From Hemiscyllium ocellatum (lineage: Eukaryota), in NCBI RefSeq assembly GCF_020745735.1, contig NC_083447.1, positions 21,346,755 to 21,410,754 on the forward strand: a stretch of DNA of 64,000 nucleotides, read 5' to 3'. Position numbers and translations under genes: made by a program. A model generated the notes under the pieces. That model was not told the DNA's origin. It saw only the letters and a list, made by a program, of their open reading frames with translations, and did no database searches. Below, in pieces: positions 47,877 through 59,850 of this stretch; the first letter of the stretch is position 1; every line of letters starts with the position of its first letter.

Positions 47877-48727
47877 ATGAGTAAAGGGAAGGGAACAGGC
47901 GGCTCTAAGAAAGCAGGGACCCCTCCCCCACCCTCTCCCTCTTCAGCTGCAACAAAGGTGTCTTCAGCTACTTCAGGAGATTTACCAATGAAGATGAGCT
48001 TTGAGGAGATGTTTGCCAGGTGGGAGGCGAAGATTGATGCTTTTATCGATGAGTCTCGGCAGAGCAGAGAAGCACTATCAGCCGAGCTGCAGAAGCAGGG
48101 CAGAAACATTCAGGAATTGGAGTGCCGAGTCAGAGAGGTGGAGTCGAAGGCCGCAGCCTCAGAGACTGCGATAAAATCAACAGCCGACCACATCCGTTTT
48201 CTCGAGAATCGAGTCCAGAACCTAGAAAACCACATTGATGACCTCGAAAATCGATGTCGTAGAAAAAATATTCGGTTGTTGGGCCTTCCCGAGCAGGAAG
48301 AGGGAGGCCAGCTGACAGCATTCTTAGAGCATTGGCTGCCACAACTTTTAAATCTGCAGGCTGGATCAGGCCAGGTAAGGGTAGAATGGGCCTACCGGGT
48401 CACAGTACGTGGGCCCGGCTCAACCCAGCACCCACGCCCGGTCCTGTTCCAGCTGCAGAGCTATAGGGAGAGGCAGATGCTCCTGGAAGCCTCAAGAAAT
48501 CTGGGAAAAGATCCCCAAGCTATGACCCACAAAGGATCCAGGATCATGCTGTTCCAGGACTTCTCCCCAGCTTTGGTCCGAAAGATGAGGCGAAGAAGCG
48601 TTTAAGGGACTTAAATATCCAGTACTCCTTACGATATCCAGCGACGCTATGCCTTAGCCACGAAGGATCCATATATAACTTCGGATCACCGGAGAAGGCT
48701 AAGGAATTCTTGGACTCTCTTAAATAA
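47877..48727 (+). pseudogene. L1 ORF1p (coiled coil, RRM, CTD), one frameshift near 48590
   Basis: DDLENRCRRKNIRLLGLPE..PRPVLF..IMLFQDFSPALVRK, then in another frame KRLRDLNIQYSLRYPATL..SPEKAKEFL*. Confidence 0.9.
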
Positions 48728-49343
48728 GCTGTAAGAGATTGTGGACGCTGGTCTGCCTTTCCCATTATTTTGGTTTACATCCCTTCATCTTTTCTTATCT
48801 TTCCCCCTATGTGTGTATGTATATATATATATGTTGGGGCGTTTGGTTAATGTTGATGGGGGGAGGTGGTTACCTTATTCTATTTTACTTCTGTTTTTAG
48901 GAGCGGGGTTGTTTTTCTTTCCCCTGTTATTTTGTGGTATTATATTTAAGTATTACGTGTTGAGATTGTAATCTTATATATGGTATTAATATTCCCAAAT
49001 ATATTTAGATGTGGGTGTGGGTGGGGGTGGGGTGTTCACTGTTAACTCTAGCTTTATATTATATTTGAATTCTCCTCATTTTATTGAGGAACACCTGGGT
49101 CAAGGGTGGGGCACTGGTTGGAAGAGGGTAAGATGGACTGTGGGAGAGGAAGTGACGCTCCCTGGGAACAAGGGAGAAAATCTCCAATTCGGAATGTTTT
49201 ATATTTTTTATATTTAGAAAGAGTTTTTTGTTATATTGTTTTGAGTGTATCAGAGAATCTTTACTTTTGTAAATCTTGTATGCTCCATGCTCGGGATGTT
49301 CTAGATAGGGTTTCCCCTCCCGAGGGGTCTCGGATCTGTCCAG

Positions 49344-52300
49344 ATGATTATGGCTGAACAGTCGGTTAAGTGGTGCACCTGGAATGTCAGGGGGAGTAAT
49401 TCGCCAGTTAAAAGGAAGAAAATATTATCAAATCTTAAGAAGGAGAGAGTTGATATAGCTCTCCTACAGGAGACACACCTGTCGGATAAAGAACACTTAA
49501 AATTACGACAGGGCGGATTTGATCAGGCCTTTTTTTCCTCTTTTAATTCAAAAAGCAGGGGAGTCGTTATCCTTGTCCGGAAGAACTTCCCTTTGAAAAT
49601 TCTAAATCAGATAAAAGACGAATCTGGACGATATATTTTGATTAAAGCCCTCATAAATGGAGAGGAATATGGGATCTTAAATGCATACTGCCCCCCGGCA
49701 CACCCCTTTAAATTCATAACGGAAGCTTTTTCAAAACTGATGGCCTTTGGTGCCCGTCATACAATTATAGGGGGAGACTTTAATTGTATTATGGATCCGG
49801 AAATAGACAGGATTCCCAAGAGTGCCGCTGGAGTATCTCCCAGATCTAGACAACTGGCGGACCTGAATAAAGAATTAGGATTGGTAGATGTATGGAGATG
49901 TCTCCATCCACAGGGTAGAGATTTTTCTTTCTACTCTAATCCACATAAATGTCACACAAGAATTGATATGTTTTTTGCCCCATCGATTTTTCTAAACTCT
50001 ATAGCAACCTGTAAAATAGGTACTATAGCAATCTCTGACCATGCCGCTGTATACATGGAAACTAAGGTAAAGAACAATGGGACATCTGCTCGGCATTGGC
50101 GTATGGACCCCTTCCTGATAAAAGATAGCAAATTTTTAAAGTACTTCTCCCAAGAACTTAAAACATTTTTAGAAATTAATACTGGTACGGCTAGCAATCC
50201 GTCAATGATGTGGGAGACCATCAAAGCTTATGCACGAGGTTTGATCATCTCCTATTCAGCGACCCAGAGGAAAATGAAGGGAGAGCAACAGCGTCTGCTC
50301 GAAGCTCGCCTAAAAGCAGCCGAATCAGCATACGCTGATAGACCTTCTATCACAAAATTGCAGAGGATTACAGCTCTTAGGACAGCTTTAAACACCGTGC
50401 TTACTCAAACGGCTAAAAGGGAAATATTATTTGCGAAACAAAGATTATATGAATATGGCGACAAACCGGGTAGATACTTAGTATTTCTTGCAAAGAGAAA
50501 GAAAGCCCCTCAAACTATTCCGACCATCAAGGAAAGTACAGGTACCCTGACTCATGATCACAAAAAGATCAATGCGACCTTTAAAGAATTTTATTCTGAA
50601 CTATATAGATCGCAGGATTGTGAAGTTGGGTTAGGAGGATGCAGTCATTTTTTAAAAATGTGACCTTCCCGGACCTGACTCCGGAACAGGTGTCGGCCCT
50701 AAATACCCCTTTAACAGTCCAACAAATACTTGAGGCAATTAGGCAACTTCAGAGCGGAAAAGCACCGGGCCCGGATGGTTTTCAAGCTGAATTCTATAAA
50801 GAATTTACAGGAATATTGGTTGACCCACTTATGGATATGTATAATTTTGCGCATAGTCAGGTCTGTCTCCCGCCCTCGCTGAAAGAAGCAAATATTTCTC
50901 TTATCCTCAAAAAAGGAAAAGACCCAGAAGATTGTGCATCTTACAGACCAATATCCTTACTAAATGTAGACTTTAAAATTCTCTCAAAAATGTTAGCACT
51001 AAGACTAGAAAGGGTACTGCCATATATTATAAAGGAGGACCAGACGGGATTTATTAAGGGCCGCAGATCATCCAATAATATCAGAAGGGTCTTGAATATG
51101 ATCCAAGCCTGTCATCAGGGAAAGATACCAGGAGTAGTAATTTCATTGGATGCGGAAAAGGCATTTGATAGGGTTGAATGGTCATATTTATTTTACACAT
51201 TGGAAAGGTTTGGCGTTGGACAGGTGTTTACCAAATGGGTTTCAACATTGTATAATGACCCCAAAGCAGCTGTTATTACTAATGGGTTAAGATCGGATGG
51301 CTTCAATGTGGGTAGGGGCTGCCGTCAAGGATGTCCTCTCTCACCATTGTTGTTTACACTGATAATCGAACCATTAGCAGAAGCCATCCGGACTGATCCT
51401 AATATAATGGCCCCGAGGATTGGTACAGGTAAACACAAAATTACCCTCTATGCAGATGACGTTCTCTTATTCCTCAGTAATCCTTTAATGTCAGTGCCTC
51501 GTCTAATTCAAGTTATTAATACATTTAGTGCATTCTCAGGCTATAAAATTAATTTTTCAAAATCGGAAGCCATGCCAATGGGTGGTCTGGCTATGATACC
51601 CCACTTAATGGACGGATCCCCTTTTCCCTTCCGTTGGTCCCTGGAGGGCTTCTTATATTTAGGTATTTTTATCACGCCAGTATTTGATCAGCTGTATAGG
51701 GCTAATTTTGTACAATTAATGGAAAGGATAAGGCAGGACCTCCAGCGATGGAGAGACCTTCCGATTTCCTGGCTAGGGAGAATAGCATTAATTAAAATGA
51801 ATGTTCTGCCCCGTCTCTTATATCCTATGAGAATGCTCCCGCTGATGCTGCCAAGGCTAGCCCTACGTAAATTATATGGCTGGTTGGGCTCCTTTATTTG
51901 GAACCATAGACGGCCCCTTATTAAGCTGAAGAAGCTACAGCTTCCACAGGCAAGGGGAGGACTGGACTTCCCAGACTTTAGGAAATATCAGTTAAGCTCC
52001 CTACTAAGTTACATAGCTGATTGGGTTTCATCTGATCCACAATCAATTTGGCTGGATATCGAAGCCTCCCAAGTAAAATACCCACTTATTAACCTTTTAT
52101 TTTCAGATAAGAGGAAAATCATTACAGACCACTGTAAAAATCCCATAATATTAAACACAATTAAGGCCTGGAATATAATGCGGCAAAATGAGGGTAACTC
52201 ACATAAAACATCCCCCCATGCACCAATAGTAGGCGCATGGGGATTCCAACCGGGGATTACAGATGCCACCTTTAAACTCTGGAGATCCAGGGGCATCTCA

Positions 52301-53155
52301 TGCTTAGGGGACCTATTTAAAGATGGGATCCTGATGTCCTTTGAGCAGCTGCGTCTGAAATTCGGAATACCTAATGGGGATCTCTTTCGATACTTCCAAG
52401 TTCGAGATTATATACAGAGGAAGACTATATTAATAGATAGTCTTTATAAATCAGACAGAGAACGTAATGTCTTACGACCAGTGGGGGCATCCTCCGTTAG
52501 TACTATATACCATTTGCTACATGATGGAGTCTCAGGAGACATGGATGACCTGCTTAAAACATGGGAGCAGGACTTGGGGCTAGAAATCTCTGAGGATATG
52601 TGGAATGACATTTGGGAAAATGCTAGAAGAATTGCTATCTGTAACAGAACTCAGGCTATCCAACTAAAGATACTTCATAGGGCCCATATAGCTCCGGCTC
52701 GACTGGCAAAATTTAAGGCAGGAGCATCTCCAATGTGTCCCAAATGCAAAATAGAGGTGGGTACTCTTGTACATTGTCTGTGGACTTGTCAGAAAATCCG
52801 CAGATGCTGGACTAAAGTGGCAAATACCCTGACAGAAATTTTAGGAACGGAAATTAGGGTGGACCCTGTATCTCTCCTTTTGGGCTTTTCGAACCTCTCA
52901 TCTCTGGATATGCATGGGAAGAGACTATTTTCTATTCTCTCTTTCTGTGCAAGGAAAAATATTTTGGTGAACTGGGTGGCTGAGGGCCCCCCTGGACTTT
53001 CAAATTGGCACAGATTAATTATGGAATATATCCCCCTTGACTTCCTCACAAATATGGTGCACCGAAAGACTGAATTATTTTATAAAATATGGCAGCCCTT
53101 TTTGAATTATATAAATGCAGATATTTCGGCTATCCTAACAAGGGCTTTTATTTAG
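49344..53155 (+). pseudogene. L1 ORF2p (endonuclease, RT, CCHC), one frameshift near 50630-50660
   Basis: WNVRG, LLQETH, GGDFN, RID, SDH; GKAPGPDG, YRPISLLN, LDAEKAFDRV, RQGCPLSPLLF, YADD; CPKC..TLVHCLWTC. Two long open frames, 49344-50663 and 50639-53155. Confidence 0.95.
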
Positions 53156-53689
53156 TGAAGATTTCAGACCGGGCTGCTCCGGGGCCCCTTGGGAGAGGAA
53201 TCCTGCGCGAATACGGGCTTTATTATATTTGATGTTTATACATTCCGAGCATGTAAGAGACTTAGGTATACACTCTGGTTAGTTATAGGTTAGATTAGTA
53301 GAAAGTTGAGTTTTTTTTCTTTCTTTTTTCGTTTCTTTCTTTTTTCTTTTTTTGTTTTCTTTCTCTTTTCTTTGTTAAATTATGACTATTGTATATATGA
53401 TTTAATTGTACATCAATGTTTGTATTTGAGAGTTTTGTTTATTTTTGTAAATTTGCAAAAATGTTAAATTTCAATAAAAATATCTACAAAAAAAAAACAA
53501 CATATCCCAGTCTTCTTCTGTAACGGCCAACCTTGCATCAATTCTTTGATGGTAGGATAATGTCTTGTCACTGGGTTTGCAATCTGAATCTCCAACGGAG
53601 TAACTGGTGAATCTTTTGTATAGAAATTCAAAAATATCTGGAATTGAAAGATAGATCGTTAGTGTGCGCCATACCAGCACGTCTGACTT

Positions 53690-54290
53690 GCTAATGTCTG
53701 CTGTTCTGGTGCAAATGTGAATTCAGGTCCATAGAAGTGTTGTTGAGGCGTAACAGACCCATGAAATGGCTGAACACGTTATTGTGTTCTCGCACTTACT
53801 TGCCACCTTTGTTCTTCAAAATGGTTGTGGTCATGGACTTGGAATGTCGAAGGAACTTTGAAGAGTTTCTGTAGCGCATCTTGTAGATAGCACACATTGC
53901 TACTACTACGTGTCAGTAGTGCAGGGAGCGAATGTTTCTGGATATAGTTTTAACCAAGTGGGTTTTTGTTTTGCTCTGGATGGTGTCAAGTTTGATGAGT
54001 GCTGTTGGTGCGGCACTCATCCAGACAAGTGAGGAGTCTTCCATCATTCTGCTGACTTTGTGCCTTGTACCACCTTTGGGGAACGGAAATGAATTACTCA
54101 CTATTGGATTCCTATCCTCTGGCCTGTTCACAGTATTTGTGTGACTAGACCCAGCTTTTTTAAAACGTAGTTTTTCGTAGGATGTGGGTATTCCCAGCAA
54201 GATGGGCATTTATTGCTCAACCCTAACTGCCATTGAACTGAGTAGGCATTTCAGAGGGCTGTTAAGAAGCAAACACATTACTATGCATCT
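53690..54290 (-). mobile_element. CR1/L2-group LINE fragments upstream of V9
   Basis: Reverse complement of the family found at 38860-39580. The last part (GGGCATTTATTGCTCAACCCTAACTGCC..) is paralogous to sequence upstream of V5. Confidence 0.5.
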
Positions 54291-54676
54291 GGAGTCAAAT
54301 ATAGGACATATTCGTTAGAAATGGCAAGTTGCCTTCGCCAAAGGGCGACATTTAATGATGGTCACCATTACTAATTTTATATTCAAATTCCAAATTTAGG
54401 TATTGAATTTGATTTCTAGTAGCTGCTTTGGAACAGTATCCGCAGAGCATGAGCCTGGTGTTATAGCAGTACCACATGCCACCGCCTCAATGGCTTAAAC
54501 ATATAGAAGGGGCGTGACTTGCCATCAGTGAGGGAGGGACATGTTCAAGACTTGGTTAATTACCATGGCTCCTTCATTTGTGTCGAAATAATTTAGAAAT
54601 AGATGGTTTGGCACGCAAGACGTTTGGATATTTTGCTCGTTCATTTCTCCATCACAAGAACAGCTGACGATTCAAG

Positions 54677-55143
54677 ATGTATCTGTTGCTGAATGTCATA
54701 GTTGCATTTCAATGTAAGTGCGACATCTTTTATTACTTGTCTTTTACCATCTCTTCCTCCTTCATTTCATAATTTCTTTCTTTCCTTCTCTGCTGCACCA
54801 GGTCATTTTCCCTTTCATTGATCTCTTCCTCTACCGATTTTTCTCAGACGTGAACTCAGTGACGGTCCGACAGACCCCTTCAGCTGTCTCCAAATCTATG
54901 AAAGAGAGTGTGGAGTTGAAATGCACGGTGGAGGGAAAGAATACAGGTGCTATGTACTGGTACAGACAAAACCCGGGGAAGGAACTACAACTGATGTTTT
55001 ATTCTCCAGTTGCGCCAACTGTGAATAGAGAAGAGGCGGAGGATGGTTTCACCGCCAAGCGACCGAGTGGCTCCTACTTTAACCTGGAGTCCTCCAGCCT
55101 GAAGGCAGATGACTCGGCCGTGTATTATTGCGCCTGGAGTATT
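54677..55143 (+). CDS. TRBV: TCR V segment V9 (V5 paralog), apparently functional
   Basis: Leader 54677-54713 MYLLLNVIVAFQ; V exon 54848-55143 VNSVTVRQTPS..CTVEGKNTGAMYWYRQNPGKELQLMFYS..YYCAWSI. Confidence 0.9.
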
Positions 55144-55182
55144 CACAGTGAGACAGAGAGAGGGGGCAGCTCAACAAAAATC
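55144..55182 (+). other. 23-RSS of V9
   Basis: CACAGTG + AGACAGAGAGAGGGGGCAGCTCA + ACAAAAATC. Confidence 0.95.
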
Positions 55183-57009
55183 CCAAAGGTAGTAGTAAAC
55201 AACATGGAATTATAGCGCTCATCACCTCCTCCTGTTCGATTTGGCGTTTTGCATGTAGACCCATTTAGAATTAGACTGACATTTTATTGTCACGGGTACT
55301 CAAGTATTGGAATGTAAGAGTACAATGAAAAGTGTTACAAAACCAGAATTAAAATTTTAAAAAGAGAAAGAAAAGAAACAAAAGCAAGAGGAAAGAGAAA
55401 CGTCCAGGTATTTTGAAAATCCCATCTCAAAAATGGTATATGGAACGCACAGCCCTCTCGAATCGACCGCCGGGAGAAGCCGCGTTCTCAGGGGAGGTGA
55501 TGAGCTTTGCCGCCGCCGATTCCCACCAGAGGGAGAAGTTGCGAACTTACTACCGCTTCTCTGCTAACGCCGTCCCCCAATCGTCGGGAGGAGTCGCGAC
55601 CTTGATGCCGTTGTTGCTTCTACCTCAGAAATTAGAAAGGATTGTTGAGGTGAAATTAGTGATGAAATTAGAAAAGACTGATGCAGCCGAGTGTTGAACT
55701 GAAGTATTTGTAAGGATAACGCCAGATCTGAGTGGTTTTAGCCATGAGAAAATACGAATAGATTTGAGATATCTTTTGCCGAGAAAAGGGAAGGCTAAGG
55801 AATAGAACAGAAACTTCAAAAATAATGAGAGCGATTTATCGGATAAACGGGAGAGATTATGCCCAAATACAGCAAGACCTGGACGATATCTAGGTTTAAG
55901 TTAAAAACAAATATGGCAAGTCACATTTATGTCACACAAGTACCAGGCAATGACCATCTTCAGCAAGAGACAATTACCGATCACCTATTGGCATTCAATG
56001 GCATTGTCATCACCGAATCCCCGACAACTTCTTGCAGGTTACCACTGATAAGGAACTGAACTAGACTCACATATAAATAGTGGCTACAACAGCAGGTCAG
56101 AAACACGGAATTCTGCAATGAGTAACTCACGTCCTGATTTTCCAACGTCTGTCCACCATCCATAATGTACAAGGCAGGAGAATGATGGAATGCTCCTAAC
56201 TCCAACTCTAGAGGCTTGACAACATCTGGGACTAAGTCGCACACCTGATTGATATCCCAGGCACAAACATCCATTCCCTCCACCAATAACGATCAGCAGT
56301 AGCATTATATACCATATTCAAGATGCACTGCATAATTTCACCAAAGATCCTTAGACACCACCTTCCAAGCTATGACACTTCTATCTAGAAGAATAAGGGC
56401 AGTAGAAATTTGGGAACGCAACCACTTTCAAGCCACTTACAATTTTGACTTATACTGCTCCTCCCTCAGTATGATCAATTCAAAATCCAGGAACTCCCTA
56501 CGAATGGCATTATGGGTCTACCTATAGAATATTGACTCCTACAGTTCAAGAAGGCAGCTCACCATCACTTTCACAGGGACAACTCGAGAAATGAAATAAA
56601 TGCTAGCCCAGCCAGTGATGCTCACGTCCTATGAGTGAATAAAAAATTCCCACTTTCCCTGATGTGCAGAACTGGAGGCTATCAGTAAGGTAATGAAGAT
56701 TTAATCAGACAGAAATTACAGGAGCAGTCGTATTTATAGGATCAAGGTGAGGTAACTTACACAGTATTAAGCCTGTTCGAAAGAAGCGAGAGAATGGCAC
56801 TTAAGTCCCTTTAATAATTGAAACCTGTTTGGGATCTCTTCAGTTTACTTTATACATTAACAAATTGGACTTGCAGATGACGTAAAGTTGACTTTGTGGT
56901 GAATCGTGTAGAGTACAGTTGTAAGCTTCAAAATGATATTGATTGGTTCGTGGAACAGAATGGAAAGCAGCAGGTGGAATTCAACACTTTTAAGTGTGAG
57001 GTAATGCAG

Positions 57010-57900
57010 GCTGAACAGGCTGGGGCTGTTTTCTCTGGAGCATCGGAGGCTGAGGGATGACCCTATTGAGGTTTACAAAATTTTGAGGGGCATGGATAGG
57101 CAAAGTGTTTTTCCTGCAATTGGGGAGTCCAGAACTAGAGGGCATAGGCTTAGGATGAGAGGGGAAAGATATAAAAGAGACCTAAGGGGCAACCTTTTCA
57201 CACAGAGGATGATATGTGTATTGAATGAGCTACCAGAGGAAGTCGTGGAGGCTGGTACAATTGCCACATTTAAGAGGCATTTGGATGGGTATATGAATAG
57301 GAAAGGTTTGGAAGGATATGGGCTGGGTGCTGGCAGGTGGGACTAGATTGGGTTGGGATATCTGGTTGGCATGGACGGGTTGGACCAAAGGGTGTGTTTC
57401 CAAGCTGTACATCTCTATGACTTTATGACTCTAAGTCAAACAGTAAAAAGGGAATACACAATGAATAGGATTATACTGAGAAAGGTATTGGTGAAATGAG
57501 AGATATTGGTGTGCAAATGCACAGGTTCCTAAAGGTAGTAATACAGGTAGATAAGATTGCAAAGACGGCATATGGACTGATCTTCATCATTGACAGAAGT
57601 ATAGAACACAAAATTAGGGACAATAATGAAACTGAATAAGGCACTGGTGAGGCCACAACTGATGTATGGTCTGCAGTTTGGTCATCACATTATAAGAAAG
57701 ATGCAATTGCTCTGGACAAAGTGAAGAGAATGTTTACCAGAATATCACCAGGCTGAAGAATTGTAGCTGAAGGGAGGGATTGAAGAGGTTGTTGAGGTTG
57801 TTTTCCTTGGAACAGAGAAGGCTAAGGGGGTGACATGATTGAGGTACACAACATTGTGAAGATTAGAAATGAAGTAGAGAGGAATAACCTATTTCCCCAG
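57010..57900 (+). mobile_element. Two CR1 3' fragments
   Basis: GESRTRGHRLRMRGERYKRDLRGNLFTQR..FKRHLD with a CTCTATGACT tail, followed by a second degenerate RT C-terminal piece. Confidence 0.8.
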
Positions 57901-59044
57901 GCAGAGAGTTTCCAATAAGATGACAGCTGAGCAGGGCTCCTGATCCCTGGGCCCGTCCTCTCCAAATGCTTTTCTGTTCGCATATCTTCTTTTTCTCTTT
58001 GCTTGATTTTATTTCTACTTATATTCACCTCATTTGAAAAGCTCGGCTGTGGCACCAACATCAGTGGTGGCCACTGAGGCCATTGTGGACTTGAGTGGGC
58101 TCACTGTATATTTGAATGACCTCAATGCCAAAGACTTCAGTCAGATGGAGTTGGCAGAGGACCGAGCACAGAAGTTGACAATGGCGTTGATTGCTCCTGC
58201 ATTGGTGGAAGCGACATTATTGAGGTAGGCCCAGCCATGAAACATGGTAGCTGAGGATGGTGAATTTGACATTCATTGGGTCTAGCACTGGCAGTGGCAA
58301 AGCAGTGGTGGAATGGACATCACAGTGATGGCACAGAGAAGGCAAAATATGTGATTGGCATTTTAATCTGAGATGTTAGGCTTCAGTTATGACTGTAGGC
58401 CCGAACTGGTACTCCTGAAATAGTCTGCAAAGGAGGGATATTGGTGGGTCCAGAGCCTATTGTGGAAAACATGGAGTGGAGCACAAGAAGGGACGAAGAT
58501 GAACTCTATTTTTATTAATTTTTAAGTCTTATATCTTAATTTCATGCTTTTTGTCTTCATATATTCTGTAAGTCAAACTCTCACTGAAGAGTTGGGACAT
58601 ATTGCAATTATCACTGTACTTATATGCAAAATGCTAGTGACAATAAATCATTCAAATCATTTAATTCAAACCAAGGTCATAAATTCAAGCTAAGTGGCAG
58701 ATGAATTAGAGGGAATCTGAGGAAAAAAGATCATTTATGCAGAGGTTGGTGGGTGTCTGGAATTTGTTGCCTGATTTGGAGGTGGAGACAAATGCATTAA
58801 ACGCTTTAAAATATACCTGGAAGTGTGCGTCAAGTGCTGTAATCTGCAGAAGTATGTGCCATTTGCAGGAAGATGGGATTAATAAGGGCATTTGGGTGTC
58901 CTTGAGCTAGCATATCCATGATGGGCTGAATGGCTCGATGGTGGCCACCATTTCTATGGCTCTTGCCAAAGGAGGTGGGACGGATTAGATTGGACAATGT
59001 TGTTGATTCAGATTGGTTAAACAGGATTGGCCCATGTCCAAACC

Positions 59045-59137
59045 TTCCTCACAAGTCCACAGGCAGGTGACAGTGATGTATTACTGCATCTGGAGTCTGC
59101 ATTGTGTCTCAGAGAGAGGGAACAGCTCTCTAAATTC
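59045..59137 (+). pseudogene. TCR V 3'-end remnant with degenerate RSS
   Basis: ..CAGGCAGGTGACAGTGATG-TATTACTGCATCTGGAGTCTG (YYCIWSL), then CATTGTG + TCTCAGAGAGAGGGAACAGCTCT + CTAAATTCT. Confidence 0.8.
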
Positions 59138-59747
59138 TCCAACTGTAGCAGGAAACACCTGTATAGGATAAACCGAGAGGTGTGACAACTTTTAATGTCT
59201 TTATTTTGCTTATTAGCAGATGATGCATGTTTATAAAATTAGACAGATTAGAATTGCAGAAAGAGATTCAATATAGAAGCATCTAAGAGCTAATATTTAC
59301 AATTTTTGGTAACAAAAAGATAACTGAGAGTCTGCGACTGTCTGGAAAATACGTCAGAAAAACAGACTTGGGTTCTATCTGCTTTCTCTGTGTTGTTTCT
59401 CCACAGGAGCAGCAGAGGGTGCTCTAAGAGAGAAGAAGAAGGCTTCCTAGATTCAGACTGAAGTAGAATAGGAGGAGTCCATTCAGCCCATCGAACGTGT
59501 GAGACACGAACAGGTGGTGAAGCATTGTGTCCAACAGCCCTATGATAGTGGAACAGGAGGAGACCATTCAGCCTTATGTTGATACTGTTACAAAGGGATG
59601 GGACAAAAACACTAAGTCACTCGATCAAAGCTGCAGGGAGTTTTCAATCTTCGAAGATGCTGCACAGCAATGAAGAGGCCATTCAGCCCTTCAAACACAC
59701 TCCAACATTTACTATGATCATCGCTTGTCTCAACTTCACTTTCCTGC

Positions 59748-59850
59748 CAGGGTTACTAGTGCCCTGAACAGTGCACTTCAATTTCAGTTCTTTCCCGGGA
59801 GAACTGGAGACAACAGCGGGAGTCTGGTGGATAGTCTGTGAGTCTGCATC
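59748..59850 (-). pseudogene. Inverted 103-bp copy of the start of the V10 V exon (FR1 to the start of CDR1)
   Basis: Reverse complement matches 61639-61741 at 101 of 103 positions. Confidence 0.95.

Larger units (their letters stand above)
47713..53497 (+). mobile_element. Full-length L1 LINE (~5.8 kb) with 10-bp TSD and poly(A) tail
   Basis: TSD CAACATATCC at 47703-12 and 53498-507; 5' UTR, ORF1, spacer, ORF2, 3' UTR with AATAAA (53473-78) and an A tail. Confidence 0.96.
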
